Origin: Selenomonadales bacterium UBA7018
GTDB taxonomy: Bacteria; Bacillota; Negativicutes; Selenomonadales; Selenomonadaceae
Assembly: GCA_002448305.1 (NCBI GenBank)
Contig: DJWY01000035.1
Span: 2,982-66,981 of the forward strand
Reading direction: 5' to 3'
Length of the DNA stretch: 64,000 nt
Below the pieces are notes generated by a model. That model worked only from the letters and a program-made list of their open reading frames with translations. It was not told the origin of the DNA and made no database searches. This document shows positions 34,889-43,000 of the stretch, piece after piece; position 1 is the first letter of the stretch, and each line of letters opens with the position of its first letter. The translations under genes and the position numbers were made by a program.

Positions 34889-36103
34889 ATGCAGTTGAGA
34901 AAATTTTTAATCCTGCTGACGTCGATAACTTTGCTAACGTGTTCGCCGGTATTCGCTGACGATGAGGAATATTACGACGAACTTGACCAGATTGACGCGG
35001 AGATTGAGCAGCTTGAAGAAGAAAAATTATCCTACGAAGAGGCAGCGGCGAAAGCTCAAGCGACAGCGGAATTGATTCAAGGGAAAATTAATTCAGTCTC
35101 GGAATTCAAGCGGCAACTCGACGAAGATGCTTCAGTAGCCGTTGCCGATTACGAAGACAAACAAGCCGCGCTCAACGAAACCATTTATCGCATTGGCGAA
35201 AACGAAACTAAACTTGCCGAAGTCACAGCGGAGCTTAACAAAAAGCATGGCGTCCTTGAAAAGCGCGTGCGTGATATTTATATTAACGGGCAGATTTCTT
35301 ATCTGGACGTTTTGTTCGGTGCGCAGGATTTCGGAGACTTTTTGACGCGAATGGATTTGCTAAAGCGCGTAATGATTCGCGATTCGGAACTTGTCGCAAA
35401 TGTTTTGGCGTATCAAAACGAAATAAAAGAAGTCGGCAAGCAACTTGAAGCTGATAAAAGAATTCAGGAAGAATTAGCCGCGAAGGCTGAAGAGGCAAAA
35501 AATATTAGTCTGGAAAAAGTCGCTAAGCAACAAGCTCTTATAGAACTAATGCAGAACGACAAGGCGATTTACGACCAACAATATGATGAGATGATGGCGT
35601 CGAGTGCGGAAGTTGAACGGCTGATTCAGGAAAGCAAATATCGCAAGGCGGCGGAAGAAGAAGCGCGGCGGCGTCAAGAAGTGGGCAATGTTAACGGCGG
35701 ATATGTCATGCAAAATTACGGCGGCGGAATGATTTGGCCTCTTTCCGGTCCGATAACTTCTGAATTTGGTTGGCGGACGCATCCCATTTTCGGCAGTGCG
35801 CGATTTCATAGCGGGCTTGACATTGGCGGCGATTATGGAATGCCGATTCACGCGGCGCAAAGTGGCGTTGTCATTGAGGCGGGTTGGATTGGTGGCTATG
35901 GCAATACGATTATGATTGACCACGGCGGCGGAATTGTCACGCTTTACGGGCACAACGAAAGCTTAGCGGTTGGCGTCGGGCAGAGTGTCAATCAAGGCGA
36001 CGTTATCGCTTATTGCGGCTCAACGGGCAATTCAACGGGACCACATTGTCATTTTGAAGTACGTTTAGGCGGCGAGCCTGTCAGCCCTTGGGATTATCTG
36101 TAA
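34889..36103 (+). CDS. Coiled-coil M23 peptidase-domain protein (EnvC/PcsB-like)
   Basis: Signal peptide, about 250 aa of coiled coil, then HSGLDIG and GSTGNSTGPHCHFE. It lies directly after ftsX. Confidence 0.8.
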   Translation: MQLRKFLILLTSITLLTCSPVFADDEEYYDELDQIDAEIEQLEEEKLSYEEAAAKAQATAELIQGKINSVSEFKRQLDEDASVAVADYEDKQAALNETIYRIGENETKLAEVTAELNKKHGVLEKRVRDIYINGQISYLDVLFGAQDFGDFLTRMDLLKRVMIRDSELVANVLAYQNEIKEVGKQLEADKRIQEELAAKAEEAKNISLEKVAKQQALIELMQNDKAIYDQQYDEMMASSAEVERLIQESKYRKAAEEEARRRQEVGNVNGGYVMQNYGGGMIWPLSGPITSEFGWRTHPIFGSARFHSGLDIGGDYGMPIHAAQSGVVIEAGWIGGYGNTIMIDHGGGIVTLYGHNESLAVGVGQSVNQGDVIAYCGSTGNSTGPHCHFEVRLGGEPVSPWDYL

Positions 36104-36104
36104 G

Positions 36105-36134
36105 ACGAAAAAAGCCTCCCGTGATAAGGAGGCT
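36105..36134 (-). terminator. Minus-strand intrinsic terminator abutting the end of the envC-like gene
   Basis: On the minus strand: AGCCTCC-ttatcacg-GGAGGCT followed by TTTTTTCG. There is no T-run on the plus strand, so it serves a minus-strand transcript. Confidence 0.65.
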
Positions 36135-36426
36135 CAGCTTGTAGACAAAGCTCGTTTCAGGATAACTTGAGACGGGCTTTTTGCTTTGAGTTTCTTCAAT
36201 AAATTTGACTTCCTTACTTTTCTGCTTCCTCCAATATCCGCTCTGTCGGTTGCGGCAAATCACCTAACATAATTTTTTCCGAAAGTAGAGAAGTGCGGCA
36301 CCGGCTCTGTCAATGAATAGCCGATGAATCAACGATATGCCACGTTCACTTCTATTTCCCTTATCGTTTGGCGTATCGAGCGAATTCCGAACAAGTTTTG
36401 GATAAAAACGATTTCTTCCTATACAT
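36135..36426 (-). ncRNA. Candidate structured orphan transcript (class unknown), possibly carrying a 21-codon basic ORF
   Basis: About 330 nt with no credible long ORF, bounded by the bidirectional terminator 36427-36471 and the minus-strand terminator 36105-36134. It has an internal three-part stem: GAAGTG..GTGGC..CGGCT-loop-AGCCG..GCCGC..CACTTC. No promoter was identified. Confidence 0.3.
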
Positions 36427-36471
36427 AAAAAAGCACCTCCCAAGCTCATTTTACTTGAAAGGTGCTTTTTG
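36427..36471. terminator. Bidirectional hairpin terminator
   Basis: AGCACCTCCCAAG..CTTGAAAGGTGCT, flanked by AAAAAA on the 5' side and TTTTT on the 3' side. Two further hairpins (36484-36503 and 36516-36538) lie between it and the DASS gene stop. Confidence 0.6.
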
Positions 36472-36546
36472 TCTACAGTCTGAAATCGCCTCGAAAGGCG
36501 TTTTGAAAGCTCAAATTACGAAATCCCAAATACGGGATTTTGTAAA

Positions 36547-38097
36547 TCAGCCGCTGACAATGGCACTAACAAGCCAAATCGCAATCGGAATCGTCACGAA
36601 CGCAATCCCGATAAAGTCAATGTAAATGCCAGTTTTAATCATTTTGGTAATCGGGACGTATCCTGAGGAGTAGACAATGGCATTTGGCGGAGTCGAGACC
36701 GGCAACATAAATCCGAGCGACGCGCTCAAAGCAATGCCGACCGATACCGGAATCGGACTTAAGCCCGCCGAAACCGCTATTGTTATCGCCAAAGGTCCAA
36801 TCATATTCGTTGCCGCCGTATGCGAAGTCAATTCCGACAACAATAACGCTAAAACCGAAAAAACCGCGACTAAAACGACTTGCGACGCCGCGCCACCCAT
36901 TGCCTCAATGATTAAATCGCCGAGCCATTGCGATAAGCCAGTTTTGTACATCATTCCGCCCATTGCTAGCCCGCCGCCGAATAAAATCAGCGTGCCCCAT
37001 TCAATTCCGGTTGCTGCTTCCTTCCAAGTGATTGTAAATTCGCGTTTCGAGAAATTCACGGGCAAAATAAATAATAATAACGCGCCTACCATAGCCGCTA
37101 TCGCTTCCGGGAAAAGTTGATTGTACATTTTCAAAATTGGGCTGGTTTCGCCTAAGAATATGTTCAAAAATCCCGGAATAATCCACAGCGCAACCGCTAA
37201 CATGAACGCGCATAACGTATTTTTCTGCGCCTGCGTCCAATTTCCGAGTTCATTTATTTTTTTTCGTATAAATTCTTCTGCGCCGTCGATTTTTTCAACA
37301 TCGGGCGGAAACATGCGCGATAAAACGATATAAGCAATGATAAAATAGAAAAACATAGCGAAAAATCCCCAAATCATCCACTCGAAAAAGGAAATATGAA
37401 TATTTTCCATTGAATCGAGGAATCCGAGCATGATTAAGTTGGGAGGAGTGCCGATTGGAGTTAAAACGCCGCCGATTGACGCTGAATAAGCGGTCATTAG
37501 CATTAAACCAGTCGCATATTTATATTCTGACAGCTCAATTTCGCGTCCATTAGCCGCCATCATGTCTTTAATTGAGTTCAAAAGCCCTAAACAAATCGGA
37601 AACATCATCGCGGCGGTCGCAGTATTGCTCACCCAGCCCGAACAAAGCGCAGTTGCCAGCCCGATTGCTAAAAAAATACGTTTTGGATTGGATCCGACCC
37701 AATTTCTTGACAAAAGCCAGTATGCAAAGCGTTTATCTAGCCCATGCATCATCATTGCCTTAGCTAAAATGAATCCGCCCATGAATAAAAATATCATTGG
37801 GTTAGAAAATGCCGAAAAAGCGGTTGAAATTGGGATTGCGCCGGTGATTACGGCTAAAGTTGGCCCTAAAAGCGAAGTAACAGGGATTGGAACGGGTTCA
37901 GTAATCCACCAGAGCGCGACGAGCACCATAATTGCTAATAATTTGTGTGCTTCGAGCGTCAAAGCGTCAATCGGCGTTAAAATTACTGCGATTGCGAGGA
38001 TTGGCGCGAAAATCAAGCCGAAAGTCCTTCTTTTTCGGTCAAAAGCTTGTTCAGCGTCTTTTATACGTTTAGCGTCGGAAATTTTTTGGTTTTGCAT
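36547..38097 (-). CDS. DASS/SLC13-family anion (di/tricarboxylate or sulfate):Na+ symporter
   Basis: Highly hydrophobic, 516 aa, with duplicated hairpin motifs VSNTATAAMMFPI and SHTAATNMIGPL. Confidence 0.8.
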   Translation of the reverse strand: MQNQKISDAKRIKDAEQAFDRKRRTFGLIFAPILAIAVILTPIDALTLEAHKLLAIMVLVALWWITEPVPIPVTSLLGPTLAVITGAIPISTAFSAFSNPMIFLFMGGFILAKAMMMHGLDKRFAYWLLSRNWVGSNPKRIFLAIGLATALCSGWVSNTATAAMMFPICLGLLNSIKDMMAANGREIELSEYKYATGLMLMTAYSASIGGVLTPIGTPPNLIMLGFLDSMENIHISFFEWMIWGFFAMFFYFIIAYIVLSRMFPPDVEKIDGAEEFIRKKINELGNWTQAQKNTLCAFMLAVALWIIPGFLNIFLGETSPILKMYNQLFPEAIAAMVGALLLFILPVNFSKREFTITWKEAATGIEWGTLILFGGGLAMGGMMYKTGLSQWLGDLIIEAMGGAASQVVLVAVFSVLALLLSELTSHTAATNMIGPLAITIAVSAGLSPIPVSVGIALSASLGFMLPVSTPPNAIVYSSGYVPITKMIKTGIYIDFIGIAFVTIPIAIWLVSAIVSG

Positions 38098-38150
38098 TGA
38101 AAAACGCCTCCTTTTATGCTAAAGTTTAGCAAAGAGCGCGCAAATTTTCA

Positions 38151-38381
38151 ATGGAAAGGGGAATTTTCATGACGATAAAAGAAATTGGGAGGCAATTAGA
38201 GATAATCAAGGAAGACAGGCTAGTTGGAGCGCATCACGACGACATATTTTTTACGAAATACGCGGATATGGAAGCATTGGAGCGAATAATTGCGCTGATA
38301 GAGTTTTTGAGCGAAAAAAAACCTTCTGACGAGGTAAAAATTGCAGAAATTTTATCGGCGGCGAATATTGAGGCAAAATAA
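38151..38381 (+). CDS. Hypothetical small protein
   Basis: The ORF has a hairpin terminator directly downstream. ATG 38169 (MTIKEIG) after AAAGGGGA is the likelier start. No family recognised. Confidence 0.35.
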   Translation: MERGIFMTIKEIGRQLEIIKEDRLVGAHHDDIFFTKYADMEALERIIALIEFLSEKKPSDEVKIAEILSAANIEAK

Positions 38382-38384
38382 GCA

Positions 38385-38425
38385 AAAAAAAAGCTCGGAG
38401 CGGGTGAAAAGTTCCGAGTTTTTTT
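38385..38425. terminator. Bidirectional terminator between the small ORF and the convergent lipoprotein gene
   Basis: The stem CTCGGA (38394-38399) / TCCGAG (38413-38418) has AAAAAAAAA upstream and TTTTTTT downstream. Confidence 0.7.
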
Positions 38426-38428
38426 GAT

Positions 38429-39697
38429 TTATGGAGTGACGACGAAATTTATTTGCAAAAGAGCGGGTCTTGAGGCGTCGAAGACGGAATTTTTGAGGGA
38501 ATTGAGGACGCGGGATAGATTTACAGTCTTTGAGCCGTCGAAATTTTTAGCAGAGCCGTCAATAGTTACGTTCCAGAGGTCAACCCACGCCGGAAGACGG
38601 AATCCGCGTTCAGTTGGCATGATTTTTATTCGTACGAAGTTTAATTTCCGTTCGGCGAGTGATTTTTCGGGTGTTAGGGAAATTTTCATTAAAAAAGATT
38701 GCGATTGCCTATCATCTTTGAGCAAAGAGACGCGGACATCATTTTTTTCTTGTAAAATCCAATTTTCATCGCCGTCGACGGCAAAAATTTCAATCGCGGT
38801 ATCGAAATCGGACAAATCGAGCGGACAAGCACCGAGCGGCGGCTGATATTTCCAATTAATCATGAAAGAGGCGGCAGAATTGAAATTATCGAGTCCGAAT
38901 TCCTTAGCGCGTCCGTTTAAGCCGAGCGTATCGTCGGAATAAAAATTTTCGACGTCGCTAAGCTCAAAATTAGAAAAATCGCTAGGATTTTCGGTTAAAT
39001 TCTCGGAGAGGAGCAAATAACCGGTATCATTGGGCAAATTTTGCAGTTCATTGAACTTTCGGAGGAAATTTTTAACAAAATCGTCGCGACCCATGATTAG
39101 AAGGTAAAAAGGGCGGAAACGGTCAGGATTATCCCAAGAATTGTAATTAAATTTGGCGGCATTTAGTCCGACGTCGAAAATATCGCCGTAGAAGGAATTT
39201 TTAATGCCGATAACGGCAACGGAGAGATGATTAGCGAAAAATTTCTCGCGAAGTTTTTGGGAGACGTTGCTCCAATCGGAATCGCTCTCGAAAAGGTCGG
39301 TAACGATAATTGAGAGGTGATTAGGGTCTGCGCGGTCTACGACGTTAGCGACGGAGGTAATTAATTCGGTATAAACTTCGGGCGAGGTGAATTTTCGATA
39401 ATTAGCGCGGTTGAGCGGGCGAATTTGTTCCCCGAAGGCAAAAAAATTAGTTTCGCCGATTGAGCCGCCCAAATCGCCGAGCAAATCGGGCAAAGTGATA
39501 TAAACATTGCCTGCGGCGAGGGTTGTAAAGCCTTTCATAGAAACAGTAGCGTCGAAATAAATATCGGTATCGATTTTTTCGGGGGCAGTCAAAGCGTTGG
39601 GCAAAGTTCCAGGCAAAGGCGGCACATTTTGCAGTTGATTTCCGCCGCAACCGACTAAAAGCAATGCCGCGCAGATGATTAACAGAAATTTTTTCAT
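38429..39697 (-). CDS. Hypothetical lipoprotein, possibly vWA-like
   Basis: MKKFLLIICAALLLVGCG lipobox. DATVSMKGF resembles a DxSxS-type MIDAS start, and IIVTDLFESD resembles a vWA beta-strand. Its ATG overlaps the ilvN stop (TAATG). Confidence 0.6.
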   Translation of the reverse strand: MKKFLLIICAALLLVGCGGNQLQNVPPLPGTLPNALTAPEKIDTDIYFDATVSMKGFTTLAAGNVYITLPDLLGDLGGSIGETNFFAFGEQIRPLNRANYRKFTSPEVYTELITSVANVVDRADPNHLSIIVTDLFESDSDWSNVSQKLREKFFANHLSVAVIGIKNSFYGDIFDVGLNAAKFNYNSWDNPDRFRPFYLLIMGRDDFVKNFLRKFNELQNLPNDTGYLLLSENLTENPSDFSNFELSDVENFYSDDTLGLNGRAKEFGLDNFNSAASFMINWKYQPPLGACPLDLSDFDTAIEIFAVDGDENWILQEKNDVRVSLLKDDRQSQSFLMKISLTPEKSLAERKLNFVRIKIMPTERGFRLPAWVDLWNVTIDGSAKNFDGSKTVNLSRVLNSLKNSVFDASRPALLQINFVVTP

Positions 39698-40197
39698 TAC
39701 ATCGCCTTAACAGGAATCGGACCGCGAGAAAGAGCAATCGTGCCGGTGCGAGCAATCTCGACAATTTCATAATCGCTAAGGACTTCGCAAATGGCATCAA
39801 TTTTATTCTGACTGCCGGTCAGTTCGATAACGACGTTTTCTGAAGTTATGTCGACAATCTGCGCACGGAAAATATCAACGACGCTAACTAAATCTGCGCG
39901 GGTCTGCTTATTGGCACGGACTTTAATCATAACCAATTCGCGCTCAATGGAAGGCGATTTGCTAAGGTTGACGATTTTAATAACGTCGATTAATTTGCTG
40001 AGCTGATTGACGACCTGGTCAAGTTCGTCTTCGCTCTCAACGCTGACAACGATATTAATGCGCGTGACGGACGGCTCTTCAGTGTAGCCCGCCGAAATGC
40101 TTTCGATATTAAATGCGCGGCGGCTGATAAGTCCGGAAACGTGCGTTAAAACGCCGGGCTTATTCTCAACCAGAACGGCTAAAAAATATTTCTTCAA
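39697..40197 (-). CDS. ilvN: Acetolactate synthase small (regulatory) subunit IlvN/IlvH
   Basis: ACT domain with LAVLVENKPGVLTHVSGLISRRAFNIESI. 166 aa. TTG start after GGGAGGA. Confidence 0.88.
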   Translation of the reverse strand: MKKYFLAVLVENKPGVLTHVSGLISRRAFNIESISAGYTEEPSVTRINIVVSVESEDELDQVVNQLSKLIDVIKIVNLSKSPSIERELVMIKVRANKQTRADLVSVVDIFRAQIVDITSENVVIELTGSQNKIDAICEVLSDYEIVEIARTGTIALSRGPIPVKAM

Positions 40198-40219
40198 GAT
40201 AAATCCTCCCTAAATTCTA

Positions 40220-40248
40220 TTGAAAATTTGTTGAACGTCTTATATAAT
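40220..40248 (+). promoter_or_regulatory. Sigma-70-type promoter for the orphan SBP gene
   Basis: TTGAAA (40220-40225), 17-nt spacer, TATAAT (40243-40248). Confidence 0.55.
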
Positions 40249-40300
40249 GCATACGGCTAATTTTTTACGAGTAAAACAATATTCAAAAGGAGGCTCACTA

Positions 40301-41173
40301 ATGAAAAGGTTACTCGTTATTTTTATGGCACTTGTTATTATGTTAGCTTGCGCGGGTTGCGGCGGCGGCGAACAAAAGCAGGAATCAACTCCTGCGCCTG
40401 CGGCGAGCGAACAAAAGGTTGAAAAAGCTGGTGCACTTATGCCAATCGGTTTGGACGAGGAAGGCTACAAACACTGGACGGAAAACATTGCTAAAAGCGA
40501 AGGGCAACCCGCCGGTTATGCCGCTCCTAATACTGTCGTTTTCTTCGACAACATGAACTCAATGATTATGGCTCTCAAGGGTAAGCAGATTGACCGCTTT
40601 GCGGCTCCCTCCAGAGTCGGTGCCTACATCGTAGCGCGCAATGATGATTTCCAGCTAATCAACAACAATCTCAAACCGATTCTCGGCTATTCGATTGCCA
40701 TGCAGGAAAAGGACAAGGCGCAAGTTGATGAAATTAACACCGCTATCAAAGCCATGAAGGACGACGGCACGCTTAATAAGCTTATCAAGGAAAACATTAC
40801 GGATTTGGGCGGAGCCGATCCCGTCGCGAAACCTATTCCAATGATTGAAGGCGCACCGACAATTAAAGTTGCCGTAACAGGCGATATGCCCGCTCTTGAC
40901 TGCATTCTTGCTGACGGCACGCCCGCAGGTTTTAACGTCGCATTTCTCGGCGAACTCGGCAAGCGCATTAACAAGAACTTTGAACTTGTTAGCATTGAAG
41001 CTGGTGCTCGTGGCGCGGCGTTGTCTTCCGGTCAAGTCGATATGCTGTTCTGGGTTTTGGGCACCTACGACCAAGACGGAAAAGCTCTTCCCTATCCGCT
41101 CGACAACATGAAAGGCGTTGCAATTTCTATGCCTTACATGATGGATAGCCGCGTTGGTGTAGCGTTGAAGTAA
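40301..41173 (+). CDS. Family-3-like solute-binding lipoprotein (amino-acid-type ABC SBP), orphan
   Basis: ATG 40301 follows AAAGGAGG. MKRLLVIFMALVIMLACAGCGG lipobox. SBP-like IKVAVTGDMPALD ... GQVDMLFW. No permease or ATPase gene lies beside it. Confidence 0.7.
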   Translation: MKRLLVIFMALVIMLACAGCGGGEQKQESTPAPAASEQKVEKAGALMPIGLDEEGYKHWTENIAKSEGQPAGYAAPNTVVFFDNMNSMIMALKGKQIDRFAAPSRVGAYIVARNDDFQLINNNLKPILGYSIAMQEKDKAQVDEINTAIKAMKDDGTLNKLIKENITDLGGADPVAKPIPMIEGAPTIKVAVTGDMPALDCILADGTPAGFNVAFLGELGKRINKNFELVSIEAGARGAALSSGQVDMLFWVLGTYDQDGKALPYPLDNMKGVAISMPYMMDSRVGVALK

Positions 41174-41192
41174 TTCGCGAAAATAATTCGTC

Positions 41193-41226
41193 AAACAAGC
41201 ACTCTTAATGGGTGCTTGTTTTTTTT
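41193..41226. terminator. Terminator after the orphan SBP gene, overlapping the ilvB stop region
   Basis: AAACAAGCAC-tcttaatgg-GTGCTTGTTT followed by TTTTT. Confidence 0.7.
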
Positions 41227-42913
41227 AGTTACCTAAAACCATTTGGTCTAAACGCTTGCCGCCTGGCACCATTGGAATAACGTTTTCTTCTTCGGGGACG
41301 TAAACATCAATGACCGCCGCACCCTTTGAAAACATAATCTCAACTAAATCGTCTTCCAATTCTTCCGCCTTAGTCAGCCGATAGCCGCGAATGCCCATAG
41401 CCTGTGCAATCTTCACGAAGTCACGCTTATATTTGAGTTCGGACGCGGAATAATGATGATTGTAGAAAAGGCGTTGCCACTGCCCGACCATGCCTAAAAT
41501 AAAATTGTGGACGATAACAATTTTTATATCAATATCGTTGTCGGCAATCGTGGCGAGTTCTTGAATATTCATCATGATTGAGCCGTCTCCAGTGAACAGC
41601 ACAACATTTTTATCGGGGCAAGCCAACTTTGCGCCCATAGCCGCCGGCAGTCCATAACCCATAGTGCCGAGACCGCCTGAAGTTAAAAATTGGCGTGGCT
41701 TACGAGCCTTGAAGAATTGCGCCGCCCACATTTGGTGTTGCCCGACGTCGGTAACAACGATTGTATTATCGTCGCAGATATTACTAATTTTGCTGATAAG
41801 TGCGCCTGGTTTAATCGCGTCGCCTTCTTCCGTCCAATCGAATGGGTGCTCCAAACCTTTTTCGACGGCTTGATTTTTCCACTCAAGAAATTTTTCAGCA
41901 AAATTCGTAGGCGATTCATTAAGTTTATTTTTGAACAGCGGCAGAGATTCGCGCAAGTCGCCCAAAACTTTTAAATCGGCATGGACATTTTTATTAACTT
42001 CGGCGGGGTCAAGTTCAAAATGCACAATCTTAGCATTCGGCGCAAAATCTTTAACACGCCCCGTTACTCTGTCGCTAAAACGCATTCCAATGCACAACAG
42101 CAAATCGCAAGTTTGAATCGCCATGTTCGCGCCGTATGAACCATGCATTCCCGCGAAACCTAAAAAGCCGTCAGTGTCAGCGTCAATGCAACCAAGCCCC
42201 ATAAGCGTTGAAGTCGACGGGCAACCGAGCCGCGTTAAAACTTCCCGCAAGTCGTCGGAAGTATCGGAACTTGTCACGCCGCCGCCAACGAAAATCAGCG
42301 GGCGTTTGCAAGCCTCCACAGCCTTTATCACTTCGTCAACGGATTTTTCATCAACGGGATATTTGCCGCTATAGCCGCGCAGATTAACTTCGGCGGGATA
42401 TTCAAAATCAATTTCGGTGTTGAAAACGTCGGCAGCAATGTCAATCACCACAGGACCCGGACGCCCCGTCCGCGCAATAAAAAATGCTTCCTTGACGACA
42501 CGCGGCAAATCGTTTGCGTCTTTAACAAGGTAATTATGCTTGCTGATTGGCGAAGTTGTGCCCGAAACATCAATTTCCTGAAAACTGTCCTTGCCGATAG
42601 CGGGGTTGGCAACCTGTCCTGTTATGCAAACAAGAGGAACCGAATCAATATTCGCGGTCGCAATGCCCGTGATTAAATTTGCCGCGCCAGGTCCCGAAGT
42701 AGCGATAACGACTCCAACTTTGCCGCTAGCTCGCGCATAACCGTCCGCCGCGTGTGTAGCTCCCTGCTCGTGTCCCGGCAAAATGTTGGGGAACTCCATT
42801 TTATAAATTTCGTCATAAAGTTTCAGGACAACGCCGCCGGGATAGCCGAAAATTAATTCAACGCCCTCTTTCTTCAGACATTCCAAAAGAGCTTTTGCTC
42901 CGTTCATCTTCAA
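41225..42913 (-). CDS. ilvB: Acetolactate synthase large subunit IlvB (biosynthetic type)
   Basis: Contains NGAKALLECLKKEGVELIFGYPGG and the TPP motif TGDGSIMMNIQELAT. 562 aa. Confidence 0.92.
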   Translation of the reverse strand: MKMNGAKALLECLKKEGVELIFGYPGGVVLKLYDEIYKMEFPNILPGHEQGATHAADGYARASGKVGVVIATSGPGAANLITGIATANIDSVPLVCITGQVANPAIGKDSFQEIDVSGTTSPISKHNYLVKDANDLPRVVKEAFFIARTGRPGPVVIDIAADVFNTEIDFEYPAEVNLRGYSGKYPVDEKSVDEVIKAVEACKRPLIFVGGGVTSSDTSDDLREVLTRLGCPSTSTLMGLGCIDADTDGFLGFAGMHGSYGANMAIQTCDLLLCIGMRFSDRVTGRVKDFAPNAKIVHFELDPAEVNKNVHADLKVLGDLRESLPLFKNKLNESPTNFAEKFLEWKNQAVEKGLEHPFDWTEEGDAIKPGALISKISNICDDNTIVVTDVGQHQMWAAQFFKARKPRQFLTSGGLGTMGYGLPAAMGAKLACPDKNVVLFTGDGSIMMNIQELATIADNDIDIKIVIVHNFILGMVGQWQRLFYNHHYSASELKYKRDFVKIAQAMGIRGYRLTKAEELEDDLVEIMFSKGAAVIDVYVPEEENVIPMVPGGKRLDQMVLGN

Positions 42914-42944
42914 AATTTTTCCCTCCTAAACATTACTGCCGCAA

Positions 42945-42974
42945 ATTATACAACGTCGCCTTGCACTTTGACAA
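42945..42974 (-). promoter_or_regulatory. Sigma-70-type promoter for ilvB
   Basis: On the minus strand: TTGTCA (42974-42969), 18-nt spacer, TATAAT (42950-42945). Confidence 0.5.
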
Positions 42975-42975
42975 C

Positions 42976-43000
42976 AAAAAAAGCCGCCAACTTGACGGCT
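42976..43000 (-). terminator. Orphan minus-strand intrinsic terminator just upstream of the ilvB promoter
   Basis: On the minus strand: AGCCGTC-aagtt-GGCGGCT followed by TTTTTTT. There is no T-run on the plus strand. Confidence 0.5.

Noticed and set aside
36105-36471. Identity of the orphan structured segment as SRP RNA, tmRNA, RNase P RNA, 6S RNA or an FMN riboswitch.
   Set aside because: There are only fragmentary resemblances: GGAGGAAGCAG versus the SRP GGAAGGAAGCAGC, and CCGACAG as in the RFN element. Several defining cores are absent:
- the GGAA tetraloop helix of SRP;
- GGAAAGUCC of RNase P;
- the tRNA-like ends and ..ALAA tag of tmRNA.
36677-38122. Plus-strand ORFs (36677-37120, 37121-37333, 37562-38122) inside the DASS transporter locus.
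   Set aside because: They are antisense shadows of a strongly hydrophobic, motif-bearing minus-strand gene. Their Ala/Ile/Pro-rich composition is typical of a reverse-frame artefact.
38424-38846. 140-aa plus-strand ORF.
   Set aside because: It is antisense to the lipoprotein gene 38429-39697, which has a signal peptide, an RBS and translational coupling to ilvN.
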